A stretch of DNA of 17,615 bases, from NCBI GenBank assembly GCA_043778225.1, contig JAYWGM010000076.1:1-17615 (forward strand). The letters are read 5' to 3'. Source of the stretch: Deinococcales bacterium. Lineage in GTDB: Bacteria > Deinococcota > Deinococci > Deinococcales > JAAFIG01. The notes below the pieces were generated by a model. The model was not told the DNA's origin. It saw only the letters and a list, made by a program, of their open reading frames with translations, and searched no databases. Positions 17,514 through 17,615 of the stretch are shown here, in pieces. The position numbers and the translations under genes were made by a program. Positions within the stretch are counted from its first letter, which is position 1. Each line of letters starts with the position of its first letter.

Positions 17514-17615
17514 GCTCAGTACACTGTTAAATAAATTCGTAGAATTTTTGCGAGCTATGCGAGTGAACACAAAGTACATTGTTGACGAGTGCGGAGACTC
17601 TTTGGAGCGAAGCGG

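Noticed and set aside
17590..17615. GGAGCGAAGCGG at the right edge as the start of another interspersed repeat
   Set aside because: Truncated by the window end; too short to support.

Overview
Chromosomal, mostly housekeeping window from a roughly mid-GC bacterium. It is probably Deinococcota (Deinococcales-like); this is an inference from the gene content, the many RBS-less TANNNT-N6-9-ATG starts and a Deinococcus-type intergenic repeat. Left to right it holds: the 5' end of a stand-alone tuf (-) with a hairpin-rich leader; an SDR oxidoreductase (-); a ~135-bp inverted-repeat-bounded element; a degenerate MogA/MoaB-family gene; a complete pstSCAB-phoU operon with 11-bp-phased Pho-box-like repeats before pstS and again before pstC; an 80-aa ORF coupled to an ArsR/DUF2087 regulator (-); a cytoplasmic serine hydrolase (-); a secreted hypothetical protein (-); metallophosphoesterase + ParB-like/DUF4032-type protein + mgsA (+); and a divergent cell-envelope cluster. 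That cluster is alpha/beta hydrolase, PASTA protein with a decayed kinase-like N-terminus and class A beta-lactamase-like lipoprotein (all -), then rodA/ftsW (+). The strongest unexplained signal is the palindrome CTCGAG: about 94 copies by hand count versus about 4 expected, in all reading frames and in intergenic DNA, reminiscent of cyanobacterial HIP1. A family of octamer tandem repeats also builds intergenic hairpins. No tRNA, rRNA, CRISPR array or transposase was seen.
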